Counted from the stretch's first letter, positions 12,984 through 26,313 are shown. The stretch: DNA of 64,000 bases from Octopus vulgaris (GCA_951406725.2 OX597818.1:141360001-141424000), one strand, 5' to 3'. Made by a program: numbers and translations. The notes: a model not told the origin generated them from the letters alone.

Positions 12984-14500
12984 TTCTTTATTGGCCACAC
13001 AGGGTGAACACAGAGGGGACAAAATACAAAGAAGAGCTTTTCTTTATGGGAGGAAAAAAAGAAAAAAAGAAAAGGGGTGGGGTAGAATTTCGATCAAAAT
13101 GTGATATAGGGAAGGGGGAACCAGTCTTTGTATTTTCTTTTGTTTATTTTTGTTTCTTTAGTTCTTGCTGTTGTTGTCGTTGGTGTATTTCCAGCTGCTG
13201 TTGTATTATCTGTTGTTGGTGTCGTCTTCTGTGTTGATGGTGGTGTGGGTAGTGGAGGTTTCTTCGAAGATTTTTTTGGTTGTGGTGGTAGTTGTTGTTC
13301 TTTTTTTTGTAGTAGTCGGACAATCGATTTTCAAATGTGTTTCGTGGCCGCCTACCCTCCACCACTATATACAGTCTGTGGCCTTCTGTTATTTCCATGG
13401 AGGTGGGTATTTTATTAATCGTTGGCTAATCAATCTGCAGAAGGATTTCAAGTGGCTTTCCGGCCCAATTTTGTTGTTCTAAAACAGCAATTTCCTTGAT
13501 GTTTGTTTCCTCCATCACGAAAAAGATGGCAGATAATAGCCATTCTGTTTCGATTTCCGGAGGCATATTTTATATTGTGACTTTTGTCACTCTCTGGCCA
13601 AGATACGTTGGTATCATCACTAACCCATCCGTGTTGAGGCTCAGTGTAGGGAAACGTTTAGCTAGATGCTCGTACTGGAATCGGTCTTGGACGGTGCCGT
13701 ATTTGTGCCACCACGCCACGTATTCCTTGGGTGACCAAACAGGGCGAAGGCACTTTACTATTTTTTGTTGTGTTGCTTGCTCTGGGTTTTTTTTGTTTTC
13801 GTGTTGATAATTGTATAGATGATCATTTTTTTCTGTATGTTTTCTAGGATGTTTTTGGGGATGTGGGGTGTAAATTGTCTCCTCCTTTGCTAAGTCATTT
13901 ATTTGCTGCGTGGTGTGAATTTGACTATGTTTTTTTTGTTCTATTGCTTCAGCAAAATTTGTTTTGTCCTTGGTAGTGGTGTTGGTGTTGACGGTGACAG
14001 AGGAGGTAGTTGTAGTAACAGAAGTTGTTGTAGTGGTGGTGTTGGTGTTGACAGTAGACTTGATATCTTTGGTGGCGGTGATGGTGGATGGCCTTGTGGC
14101 ATTATATTTGTTGTTGTCGTTGTTGTTCTTGCTGCTGTTGTTGTTGTTGTTGTTGTTGTTGCTGTTGTTGTTGTTCTTGTTGGTGGTGGTGGGGTGACAG
14201 CAGCTAATGGTAGCCGTAAGCTGGGGAAGTTTTTCTGTTGTTTTCAGCGCCTCGCTAGCGTTCGCATTACCTACACGCTGGCCTCGTGGTTTACAATCGC
14301 AATTTTTGAAATGAAAAATAGCTAAAATGAATCCACGAAAGCCTTCAAAATTTTGAAAATTTCGCTCACACAGGGGCGAAATTCTATGTAAATATTTATC
14401 AAGCTTTGAAGTGAATGTTGTCGCACAACTTTTAAACAGAAAATATACGACAATAAAACTTTTAAACATGCAAAAACTGCCACCTTACGTGGATCCATAA
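12982..14500 (-). mobile_element. Internally deleted L1/Tx1-like non-LTR element (5' UTR, ORF1-like region, 3' UTR; no ORF2) embedded in (GATA)n
   Basis: 1.5 kb of mostly non-satellite sequence between GATA tracts; AATAAA about 5 nt from the 3' end; long disrupted ORF. Confidence 0.65.
13144..14469 (-). pseudogene. Gag-like ORF1 of a non-LTR retrotransposon, two in-frame stops
   Basis: ORF 13570-14469 continues in frame: IPTYLGQRVTKVTI*NMPPEIETEWLLSAI..NWAGKPLEILLQID*PTINKIPTSMEITEGHRLYIVVEGRRPR; RRM-like ORF1 pattern, expected CCHC knuckle missing; true start uncertain. Confidence 0.55.
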
Positions 14501-14611
14501 GATAGATAGATAGATAGATACATGCATAAATACATACATGCATACATACATACATACATACATACATACATACATACATACATACATACGTACGTACATA
14601 CATACATCGAC

Positions 14612-14703
<92 letters not shown>

Positions 14704-14717
14704 CAGACGGATGGATG

Positions 14718-14785
<68 letters not shown>

Positions 14786-14786
14786 T

Positions 14787-14860
<74 letters not shown>
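14501..14860. repeat. (GATA)n/(TACA)n/(TA)n compound microsatellite
   Basis: Direct reading. Confidence 0.95.
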
Positions 14861-15430
14861 GCTTTAACAATAGAGTGAAATTTTTACAGCATTATATTGT
14901 TCTATTATAATGCCATTCCAACGTATACATCTATTGCAATTCAATAATTGAATAACAACACCTTTCAAATATTTTTAATCCGAGAATCCCAGTTGTCGGT
15001 GGCATTAAATTTTCAGATGTTTTACAGCCTGAGGGAAAACAGTTGTAAAATTTACTACTTAACAAAATCAACACTCTTAGACGTATAGAGGTAGAGGATC
15101 TGTACAAAGCTGTAACGTTGGCCTTTATTTAATCTCCTCAGATAATACCCTCTGATGACATGAATCATAGAGACCGATGGCTACAGATTCGGTTGTGAGA
15201 TTAAGAGGCGATTATTGAATGACATTACTTGAACTACGGTACCTGTATCTTTCGCAAAATGTCCACCACACATACCTCTAAGCCAAACTATTCCACGTAC
15301 AAACCCTCCACTCAACACAGCACCTCGATATCGTAGCTCCCAGCAGTGTTCATGCTTCACACTTAAATGTTATATGAAGGATATTAACACTTCCATAATC
15401 TTGGCTAGTTGATTCCATGTAAATCAGCTC

Positions 15431-15624
15431 TTAAACATGAGAATCAATCAGTTTATCTTGTTGAAAATCAGGATTAAATTAATGCCATCACTGCTGTTGT
15501 TAATTTTATTTGTTTTTCTTAGTCAGCATTGAATATATTCGCATAAGTGATCTAGCTACACAGGCATGCAGACGCATACTTTCATATGTACGGGCTTAGA
15601 TGTACAGATATGTATACATGTATC

Positions 15625-15667
<43 letters not shown>

Positions 15668-16269
15668 ATATAAATCGATAGAAAGACGGATAGACGGAGA
15701 TATATACGGAGGCAGTTAAAGAGGGACAGAGAAAGGGGGAAGGAGGGACAGGGATGAGAGAGGGGAGGAGTGTGAGAGAAGGAGGAGGAGATGGGGATGG
15801 TGAGACAGAGGGAGGGTGAGACAGAGAGGAAGGTGAGAGAGAGAAGAAGGTGAGAGAGAGAGAAAGCTAAATATATAATATAAAAGAAACACAAATACAT
15901 ATAAGATACACTTATACACACACACACACTAACATACACTCACACTCACGCACACACACACATACGTTTACCATTCACGTAAAGATATATATATGTATGT
16001 ATATACAGATATATACGTATATATAAATATACACACACACATATGCATACTTTTATACATATATAAATATATATATTAAACATGAGAATCAATCAGTTTA
16101 TCTTGTTGAAAATCAGGATTAAATTAATGCCATCACTGCTGTTGTTAATTTTATTTGTTTTTCTTAGTCAGCATTGAATATATTCGCATAAGTGATCTAG
16201 CTACACAGGCATGCAGACGCATACTTTCATATGTACGGGCTTAGATGTACAGATATGTATACATGTATC

Positions 16270-16330
<61 letters not shown>

Positions 16331-16783
16331 ATATATAAATCGATAGAAAGACGGATAGACGGAGATATATACGGAGGCAGTTAAAGAGGGACAGAGAAAG
16401 GGGGAAGGAGGGACAGGGATGAGAGAGGGGAGGAGTGTGAGAGAAGGAGGAGGAGATGGGGATGGTGAGACAGAACGTACCGGCAGACGAAATACGGCTA
16501 CGCATTTCGCCCAGCGTACTAACGTTTCTGCCAGCTCGCCGCCTTAGTAAGTGAAAGAGGTGAGAGAGAGAGAAAGCTAAATATATAATATAAAAGAAAC
16601 ACAAATACATATAAGATACACTTATACACACACACACACTAACACACACTCACACTCACGCACACACACACATACATTTACCATACACATAAAGATATAT
16701 ATATGTATGTATATACAGATATATACATCTATAAATATATACACACACATATGCATACTTTTATACATATATAAATATATATA
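15431..16783. repeat. Tandem duplication (~645-bp unit: 15431-16075 and 16076-16783)
   Basis: Both units start TTAAACATGAGAATCAATCAGTTTATCTTG; the second unit carries a family C SINE head at 16471-16545. Confidence 0.9.
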
Positions 16784-16985
16784 TCATATATAAGTACATA
16801 TAGATATATTTACGTGTATATATAAGTATGTATACTTATATGTTTATATATATATATATTGTGTGTGAGTGTATACATATATATATATATATATTTATAT
16901 TTATACATATATATATACATGTATTTTTGTATGCATGTATACACACACATACATACATACATACATACATCCATACATACATACA

Positions 16986-17019
<34 letters not shown>

Positions 17020-17097
17020 CTATTGCTGAAATAGGTAGTTGCGTGATCTACTATCACTGACTTTTGTGTCGATATATTCTTTTTTTTTCTTTTTTCC

Positions 17098-17481
17098 TTC
17101 TTTCAGTCATTTTGACTGCGGCCATGCTGGAGCACCGCCTTTAATCGAGCAACTCGACCCCGGGACTTATTCTTTTGTAAGCCCAGTACTTATTCTATCG
17201 GTCTCTTTCGCCGAACCGCTAAGTAACGGGGACATAAACACACCAGCATCGGTTGTCAAACAATGCTAGGGGGACAAACACAGACACACACACATATATA
17301 TATACATACATATATACGACGGGCTTATTTCAGTTTCCGTCTACCAAATCCACTCACAAGGCTTTGGTCGGCCCGAGGCTATAGTAGAAGACACTTGCCC
17401 AAGGTGCCACGCAGTGGGACTGAACCCGGAACCATGTGGTTGGTAAGCAAGCTACTTACCACACAGCCACTCCTGCGCCTA
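17098..17481 (-). mobile_element. SINE family B, near full length
   Basis: Minus head AGGCGCAGGAGTGGCTGTGTGGTAAGTAGCTTGCTTACCAACCACATGGTTCCGGGTTCAGTCCC. Confidence 0.92.
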
Positions 17482-18011
17482 TACGTTGCTTTTTCTAGTA
17501 AGTGAAACCGATTCATCTATGCCTCCTTGTAGTACCCGCTAAGTTACGCAGCACGATAAGATAAGACAGGATTAATATCAATTTAATTTACAACGATCAT
17601 CTACCTAGGTACATGTGATGATATATTCTATTTTGGTACAATATCAACATATGAGTGGCTGTGTGTGTATACACACACAGACACACAAACACACACACAC
17701 ATATTTGTAGTTACAAACTAAGGATTTTTTTTTGTCAATTGTATCTCTCTATTTAATTTATTGTTTATATATATATATAACTGTGAAAATAATAAGGGTA
17801 GAAAATTTAGAAAAATTTCTATACCAGTGGCTAGCATGCGTAATAAAGTCAATATACAACATGTTTTCATACATAGTGTATAAAGAATTTACGTATTTAT
17901 AGACGAAAGAGGTGACCTGTTACAGGTGGATTCGAAAATTATAATGCATAAGTATGTAGCAGGTGTGTTTTCGGTGCTATTTGGTGCATAAATGTACATT
18001 AATTTTAGCAC

Positions 18012-18080
18012 CTTCACTGACGAAGTACAGATGGTAAATTGATTTATTTCGCACATTGATACAGAAAGTCGAGTCTGGGG
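18012..18080 (+). ncRNA. Type-I hammerhead ribozyme motif
   Basis: CTTCA CTGACGA A-GTA..TAC-A GAA AGTCGAGT C TGGGG; stem I 5 bp with G.U pairs; stem III one change from the palindrome ACTCGAGT. Confidence 0.6.
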
Positions 18081-18464
18081 ATAATTACAATTTTTTTTTT
18101 TTCATTCCCTTTGAAACTGCTCTTATTCGTAGTTTGGGCTTTGACTGTCCTTTCTATCATGTCAATAAATAAAGTACCTGTTGCGTATTGGGTCGATCAA
18201 ATATACTGCCCCTACACCAAATTTTAATTTTAATAAAAGCTAATATTTTCTAAATATAAATATTTTATTTATTTTTTAGCTGCAATATTTTAAGTGAAAA
18301 TTTTCTTGTTCTGTACTTTACTAGATGTAATAAGTTGTCCTGAACTTCTCCAAGTGTAATAACTTGTTCTGTAATTTTTCAGGTTATTTCTCTTGCTCGC
18401 ATTTTTCCATGTAATATATATATATATATGTATTTCCTATTAACTGGCGGTATCTTTTTATGTT

Positions 18465-18663
18465 ATACTTGTTTCACTCATCAGACTGCACCTATACTGA
18501 GGCACTGCCTTGAAGAATTTTTTTTGGGGAATTACTTTACCCCAGTGCTATTTTTGTAAGCTTTGTACATATTCTATCGGTCATTTTTGCCCAACCGCTA
18601 AGATACTGGGGTCGTAAAGAAACAGACACTGGTTGTTAAGGGGCGGGACAAACAGACACACAG

Positions 18664-18707
<44 letters not shown>

Positions 18708-19025
18708 ACACAAACACACACACACACATGTATATATCAATCTAAATACACAATCGAAAGCACTATTAATAATTTCATGCTTTTATGATATTTGAACAGG
18801 GTTGTTTATAAAATACACCATGTATCTACAGCGGGCGTATTTTATGAATATGCCTGTTCAAGTATTATGAACGCATGAATTTCAGCAGCTCTTCCGGTTC
18901 TGTATTTAAATTGATATTTATCTATCACTGGATGGAGTATATTTTTGTTGATTCTACCTCTACTGAATCTGTAAACTATACACACGCACACACACACACA
19001 CACACACACATACACACACACACGT

Positions 19026-19068
<43 letters not shown>

Positions 19069-19235
19069 AACATATATATGACGAACGTCTTTAAGCTTCA
19101 GTCTACCAAATGCACTGACAAGGTTTAGTTGGCCCAAGACGTTCGTAGGGGACACTTGGCCAAGGTGCCACGCAGTGGGACTAGACCTGAAACCCAGTAG
19201 TTGGGAACCAAACGTTTTACTACGCAGCCATGCCG
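18465..19235 (-). mobile_element. Degenerate SINE family B in two pieces (18465-18665, 19078-19235)
   Basis: Tail and head segments similar to 17098-17481, separated by (CA)n and other sequence. Confidence 0.6.
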
Positions 19236-19283
19236 GCTTCTATAATTTCACGCCCTCCATTTGTACATGGTGTGTTATATATA

Positions 19284-20430
19284 TTGGGTTGGCCAAATAT
19301 CCATTAGGTTCCTTTATCGAATATCAGACTCCTGTTTTGAACACAAAGCGATTTATTCAATCAATGATATAATTACCGTTTCCTTCCAGTATCTTCTGCC
19401 GTCTTGTAGATAGGACCATCATTCCTTGCTCAAAGAATTTCATGTCTTTACTGGTGAAAAACTCTTCTAGTTGAATTTTTACATCTTCTTTAGAGTTGAA
19501 AGTCTGTCCATTCAATGAATCTTGGAGAGACCAAACAGGTGGAAATCTGAATTCGAATGGTGGAGCTAATATGGATAGTAAGGCGAAACTTGCCATTCGA
19601 GCGCCAATAGTTTCTGCTGCGTCTGCCAAGATGTGTGCGATCTGGCATTGCCATGATGAAAGACAATGCCTTTACAATTATCTTGTGATGGAGGATTCTG
19701 GTGGGTCGCTACCTTTATTTTGTCTAGCTGGTTATAGTACAGATCCCTGAATTGAACGTCTTACTTCCGGGAAGAAGTTCGTAAAAGACAACACCTTTGA
19801 ATCACACCAAATGGGAAGGATAAGTTTCCTAGGGTGAAGTTCCGTTTTGGAGGTTTTCTGTTGCGATTCGCTGTAAATTTTCCCTATGATCATTTGCACT
19901 CTACACTGTTATAGACGATCTATTTTTCGTCTCCTGTTACCATCTCTTCAAGAAAAAAAAGTATCATTTTTTGCAATACATCGCAGGTAGAAATCCGTTG
20001 GTCGAGATTAGCTCGTTCAGTTGATGTGACGTCCAAATATCGAGTTTACTGGCATAAAAAAGCTGATGCAGATAGATTTCAACACTCGATTTGGATATTT
20101 GGAAAATATGTGCAACCATTCTGCTCGTATAACGGGGTTTGAGTCACCGTTAATCTCAATTGTCCGGTCAGAGCTAGGTGCATCACGAATTGCAAAATTT
20201 CCGCATGGGATTCTTGAAAACCAATTCTGGCACACACGTACCGTAGCAGTATCCTCATAGCACATATCTTGCTGCTAGTTTCCGATATTTCTTGGCCTTT
20301 CTAAAATGAAAAAAAGCATGAGGGGTCGATAATATTCGTTTGGTTCTCCATTTTCTGGGTGATGCCAAGCACATAAGATACAACCTTTCTGTTGGAAGTT
20401 TGCATCGAACTACGTTGATATGTGAAGTAA
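19284..20430 (-). mobile_element. Decayed mariner transposon (transposase remnant about 19357-20351)
   Basis: TA|TTGGGTTGGCCAAA TIR; MVTGDEK, IWCDSKGVVFYELLP, VFHHGNARSH, SLQDSLNGQTF..EGNGNYIID; other TIR not found. Confidence 0.9.
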
Positions 20431-21457
20431 CTAACGAGTGTGCATGAATATAGACAGAGAGAAGAGAGAGAGAGAGTGAGGGGGAGTAAGAGAGAGAAAG
20501 AGAGAGGTCGTAAGAATTTACAAACGTTCAAGAGAACGTGAAATACTTATTGTTTGAATAGTGGATCTCGAAGCACACATAAAATAATGCATTATAGCAT
20601 GTATGTGAATATATACATACACATATATGTATTATATGTATATATGTACCTATGTTCGTATTTTATGTATACATTTGTTTGTATGTGCGTACACATATAT
20701 ATGTATCTATGAATGTATGTATATATTTATATGTGTATATACATATATATATACATGCATACATACGTACGTTTACATTTATGTATGTGTGTGCGTGTGT
20801 GCATGAGTTGATTTATGATTAATATAGTAAAGTTTACCTGACAGAGGCTAATTAAATGGTTTCTCGCACTATCATTTTTATTCATCCTTTACTTCTCTCT
20901 CTCTCTCTTTCTCTCTGTCTCTCTCTGTCTCTCTGTCTCTCTCTCTGTCTCTCTCTTTCTCACTGTTTCATTCCGTCATTGATTCTCTCAATTTTTCAAA
21001 CATCATACATATACGAGTGTGTATGTGTAAGAGTGTATGTTAATGCGTGTGCGAATGCGTTTGTGATGACTTACACAGAACTAACTCCACATATGCATAC
21101 GCACATTCACACATACGCAATTCTTCATAAACACACACAGACGCACACACACATATACTCACACACATCTCTGCAAACACAACACACAACTCCACAAGAA
21201 CACACACAAGAGGTACAATCTTTGACATACACTCAACTCTACGCACGCACACAACAAGCACTCTCTTTCTCACTTCCTCCACACACACACAAACATACAC
21301 GCATATACACATAGGCATACACACACACGCATGCACATACAAATGCACGTATAAACGCATTCACATTAAATTGGACACACAAAGAAATGACTGAAAGGGC
21401 AAGGAGAATCCGTAGTCTATAAATCAACTAGCATTCAACAATTTTCTTTCTATTTCA

Positions 21458-21798
<341 letters not shown>

Positions 21799-22139
21799 TC
21801 ACACCATAACACCCAACTCTGCAGCCATTTGACCACCCACGCACGTCCACTTTCTCTTCAACTACTAATACAAACCTATAACCACATAACCACTCACAAA
21901 TATCAACAGCCACATTAGACTTCTACACAAATCTGCAGATACCAGAATCGACCAAACAGTTTTCATCACACTTACCTCCCACATAACTCTTCAGATACAT
22001 ACCTTCACCGTTCACAGAATTTCCGTTACACCTATTCCCCTCATAACTCTGCAGCCATCCAAATAGCCCACTCATTTTTTTTCGGCCATTCTAACAACTG
22101 ACACAACTTTATATCACTGAACACCTATATTGCAACAGC

Positions 22140-22640
22140 ATAAGATCAGATGACTTTGCTGATGGTTGTGGCTCTCAGAATTACAGGAGCTTCGGATGAA
22201 ACTGCTTGAAAAGATCTGTTGCTTACAAAACTGGTTTCATAGTGTACAGAAAGCCTAGCAGAGAATTGTGGTTGCTAAAATTACCAGAGTATCAAATCCC
22301 TTACGGAGGCCCCTGACTATTAGAATTTTCAGAATCTAAAATTTAATTCTTTGCAGATCGCTATGACCATAGATAGAAGTCTATGAGAATAGATAAAAAA
22401 TCCTAGCAAATGTCTGCTGGTGTAAGACTGATAGAACCTTTGAAGAAATTCCTTGCAGTGGCCTGTAACATTTGAAATTCGATTAGAGCCAGATGAAATA
22501 CTTTGCACACAACAGTGGCTGTCAGGCTTGCTAGAACCCTTGGAAAAATTGTTGCAGAATAGCCTGAAGATATCAAATTTAACATCATTCTCAACACGAT
22601 TCCGTGTCGAGATCTGTGGTAGACAGATTTGTGAATCCCT
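22140..22640 (+). mobile_element. Highly degenerate RTE-like RT C-terminal remnant
   Basis: DFADG followed by ELQEL..; weak similarity to the post-YADD region of RTE LINEs. Confidence 0.3.
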
Positions 22641-22829
22641 GTCTAGATTCCTTATGTATGTTACTGCGGAAATTGGTTGCCTTCTAGGCATAATTTTCTT
22701 TCCGTTTTAGTCTTCTAATGCTCTGATGTCAGATCCAGATGTCGACTCTTATTCTTCTGTTTATAGGAGCGATAAAATAAGAGTATCAATCACGTACTTC
22801 GCTTATAAAATTTAGCTAAAATTAAACAC

Positions 22830-22923
<94 letters not shown>

Positions 22924-23482
22924 GAGTGAGAGAGCAGTGCATCCCATAAAAGTGACACTGGGGTACAAATATACGAAGACCAGTATACCCGCCATGATTA
23001 CCCGTCTGATAATGGTACACCAGGCACATGCATCACAACCATATGTGCGCGACATGGTGATCTCATTACAAGATAAACAGCGCATGACGTTGAGGGTGGG
23101 GCCCAGTTAGAATTTTCTTCTGGTTGGGTAACCCATCCCACTCAAAAGGTCCCTGATTAAAGGTTGTTTAAGGATGTTGAATGAAACACCCATGTTTCCA
23201 GAGGTGAATCATTCAAACGCCAAAGAATCCCTCTCAACACATGGCTATGATGCTCCCCCACTACTTCTACTCGTGATCAGAGATGCACATATCATCAGCC
23301 ACTAAGGGACATGCTCAACTTGTTACGGTCAAACAACTGACAAGCAAATCTGTGGTATTGAGCAGAATATTTGCTGTAGCCCATCTTTTATACCAAGACA
23401 AAACAATGTACATGATAACACTTCCAATCAGTTAAGATCAGAAGCCATGAGAGCTACTGCCTGGTACTGCATCAGGGCATTT
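22924..23482. mobile_element. Unclassified ~560-bp element inserted in an (ATT)n microsatellite
   Basis: Higher-GC island with sharp borders, (ATT)n at 22829-22923 and 23493-23573. Confidence 0.6.
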
Positions 23483-23490
23483 ACTGCATC

Positions 23491-23610
<120 letters not shown>

Positions 23611-23659
23611 GCTGCTGCTATTGTTTTTGTTGTTGTTATTGTTGTTGTTGTTGTTGTTA

Positions 23660-24065
23660 AGCCAAAATGCTTATCGGTATTTCATCAGTTTTCACATTCT
23701 GAGTACCAATTCTGCCAAGGTTGAGTTTGACTTTCATGCTTTACGGGTCGATAAAATAAGTGCCAGTTGCGCACTGGAGTCGAAGTAATCGATCTTCCGA
23801 TTCCCTCAAAGCATCAGGCTTCGTGCCTATAATAGACAATGTTATTATTGTTATTAATATTATTATTAGAGTTGGCTGAATCGTTAGCAACGCGGGCGAA
23901 ATTATTGACGGCATATACTTTCTGAGTTCACATTCCGCTGAAGTTAACTCTGTCTTTCAACATTTCGGGATCGATAAAATAAGTACCAATTGAGAACTGG
24001 GGTCGATGTAATCAACTTACTCCCTACCCAGAAATTGCTGACTTTGTACTAAAATTTGAAACCAT
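23660..24065 (+). mobile_element. Two degenerate family C SINE copies
   Basis: GGGTCGATAAAATAAGTGCCAG and GGGATCGATAAAATAAGTACCAA cores. Confidence 0.75.
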
Positions 24066-24087
24066 CATTACTATTATTATTATCATT

Positions 24088-24246
24088 ATTCAGTAGTCTT
24101 ATTTTTATCACGTCCTTTCACTGCACTACCTAGCGCAGCTATGTGTGCCTTGGGTATGTGCTGTGTTTTTTTTTGTGATGTTTTTATTTTCACTGCATTG
24201 AAAGAGTTTTACATAGGATGCGTGCAGTGCCTAGTAGTGCTTTATT
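24088..24246 (-). mobile_element. 3' end of an R4/Dong-clade non-LTR retrotransposon
   Basis: Minus strand encodes KALLGTARILCKTLSMQ* (typical R4/Dong C-terminus), then a short 3' UTR running into (TAA)n. Confidence 0.7.
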
Positions 24247-24249
24247 GAT

Positions 24250-24515
24250 TAGGGGCGGGGAAGTGCGACGACATTCTCGGGGAGACTCTGAGCGCCGACG
24301 AGAACCAACTGGCTAGTCTGTTCCGGAGGACTTTCCCGTAGGGAACTATCATAGATAATTTCTAGATGTCATTGGTCTGACAGTGCTAACGGGTGGCAGT
24401 GCTACCGACCCGAGATAAACTCTACAGGCACGGATGTGCTGTCAAACAGACTTGTCTGAGGTGCGCGCAGTGATGAAACCGTTCTGCACACACTCGTTCA
24501 GTGTCCGGGCATCCC
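24250..24515 (+). mobile_element. L1/Tx1 ORF2 C-terminal zinc-finger (zf-RVT) fragment
   Basis: LASLFRRTF..DNF..LPTRDKLYRHG..TCLRC..DETVLHTLVQCP across frameshifts. Confidence 0.8.
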
Positions 24516-24601
24516 CTTCTTCCGTGCGTCCAAAATCCCGTTCCATTCCCCTACTAGTACTAAACTACGAGGTGTTCCCTGGAAAGTTTCTAAACACATG
24601 A

Positions 24602-25306
24602 GAACACATTCTTCGTGGTAATGGCGATTTGACATTTATGTTTAGCATATAGGGTGTCTACTTTAGTGGTCATTCCTCTTAATTTTGTATGTAACGCAAT
24701 TTTTAATCTTCGGATTTTTAAATATGCTAAGCCACTGGTTTTAATTGATTAACATCAATTTCTATCCTTATTATTTAATTTAAAATAAAAAATGTTCTCT
24801 AACCGGTAAATTGGCTGCTGGAATTTAATAACTGCAGAGTAATTTCCAGTCTCAGCGCACCAAAGTGAAGGCATTTGAAAGAATACACCTAAATATAAAT
24901 TGTAGAACTTTATACATACTCGATTTCGGTTGAGTGTTCTGTATCTAGTTCTGGAAATTGTGTTTTGTAAGCGACAGACAACGCTGACGATCTTGCTGAT
25001 ATCTACGTGTTTATATACGTAGATATTAACAAGTGAAACGATTGGTACGTATGTAATCATTTTTATTTCGTATATTTTCATTTGTCTTACTCATATTTAC
25101 ATTTTGACGTTTTGCTGAGGTTTTTTCCTTGGGAACACATTCTTCGTGATAATGGCGATTTGACGTCTATGTTTAGCATATAGGGTGTCCACTTTAGTGG
25201 TGATTCTTCTTTATTTTGTAACAATTTTTAATCTTCGGATTTTTAAATATGTTAAGCCACTGGTTTTAATTGATTAACTTCAATTTTTACCCTTATTATT
25301 TAATTT
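24602..25306 (+). repeat. PLE pseudo-LTR-like structure: ~180-bp direct repeats (24602-24781, 25133-25306) enclosing an HHR
   Basis: GAACACATTCTTCGTG.TAATGGCGATTTGAC...CCTTATTATTTAATTT twice; ends at (TA)n. Confidence 0.8.
24978..25054 (+). ncRNA. Type-I hammerhead ribozyme motif with long stem II
   Basis: ACAACG CTGACGA T-CTTGCTGATATCTACGT..ACGTAGATATTAACAAG-T GAA AC-GATTG-GT A CGTATGT. Confidence 0.7.
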
Positions 25307-25621
25307 GATTTATATATATATATATATATATTATATTATATTATATTACAGTATTTTACTCAAATCTTTATTAAAATATTTACCCTTATAGTAATTTGAT
25401 ATTTAAATATACGGTTTATTACTATATATTACTTCTCTTTATACTTTTAACGTTTACCCAAACCATATTATATAATTTCTTATACCTACTTCTCTAAACA
25501 TACTATCTTCCACCCCTTTATAAGGTTTATACCAAGTTTTTCTATAAAACAATACTCAGCCGAAATGCTCCATACACGTAACGTAAACATATAAAGATGT
25601 AATGGCATATATATTTTTCTA

Positions 25622-25700
25622 CCTCCGACGAGATTCAACTTTATAATGATTAAATTATTTTAATTAATTTTTAAAGTCAGACTCGAAACAGCTGTCAGAG
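25622..25700 (+). ncRNA. Type-I hammerhead ribozyme motif (U4C), weak stem I
   Basis: CT CCGACGA GA...TC GAA ACAGCTGT C AG; perfect palindromic stem III, GUC site. Confidence 0.5.
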
Positions 25701-25780
25701 ATTAAGTCTATTTCTGTAATTAATAAATATAATTATCAATTGATTTATCTCTATTTTCTCATTTTATTACATATTATATG

Positions 25781-25849
<69 letters not shown>

Positions 25850-25861
25850 CTCTATATATAT

Positions 25862-25909
<48 letters not shown>

Positions 25910-26148
25910 GTATATACATACACACACACACACCACATATATATATATGTATATATATATTATATAATTAGGGCTTAGTAAAATAAATTACTTTGCCACA
26001 TACTGAACTTGCTAGAAATAGCAGCCCAAAAAGTTTTTTTGCCATTTCCACTACTTAAAGAAAATTTCTCTCAGATAATGTTTACTCAAAATAACTCACG
26101 AAGGTATGGAGGTAAAAAACAGAAAAATATCACAAGTACAAAGATTAT

Positions 26149-26209
26149 TTGAGAACGTTAACGTTTCTAGATTAGCCAAATAAACTCAGCATTTCTTTCG
26201 TCAGCTCAA
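26149..26209 (-). ncRNA. Type-I hammerhead ribozyme (left-arm copy)
   Basis: Exact reverse complement of 26314-26374. Confidence 0.75.
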
Positions 26210-26313
26210 CATTTCTTATTTTGGATTTGGAAGCACTAGGGTCATCTGAGGTGATATGTCGCCAAAGGGTCTGTTCTTTCTTTTTAGGGCTTCCAAATCC
26301 AAAATAAGAAATG

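Noticed and set aside
13570-14469. 299-aa ORF as a secreted mucin-like host gene
   Set aside because: The frame continues through stops into retrotransposon ORF1-like sequence, and the T/N tracts are trinucleotide repeats.
18460-18490. Minus-strand CTGATGAGTGAAACAAGTA
   Set aside because: Mutated SINE B tail stem-loop; no stem I or II.
26010-26024. GCTAGAAATAGCA identical to part of the Cas9 sgRNA scaffold
   Set aside because: Short GNRA hairpin inside native repeats; the rest of the scaffold and any CRISPR array are absent.
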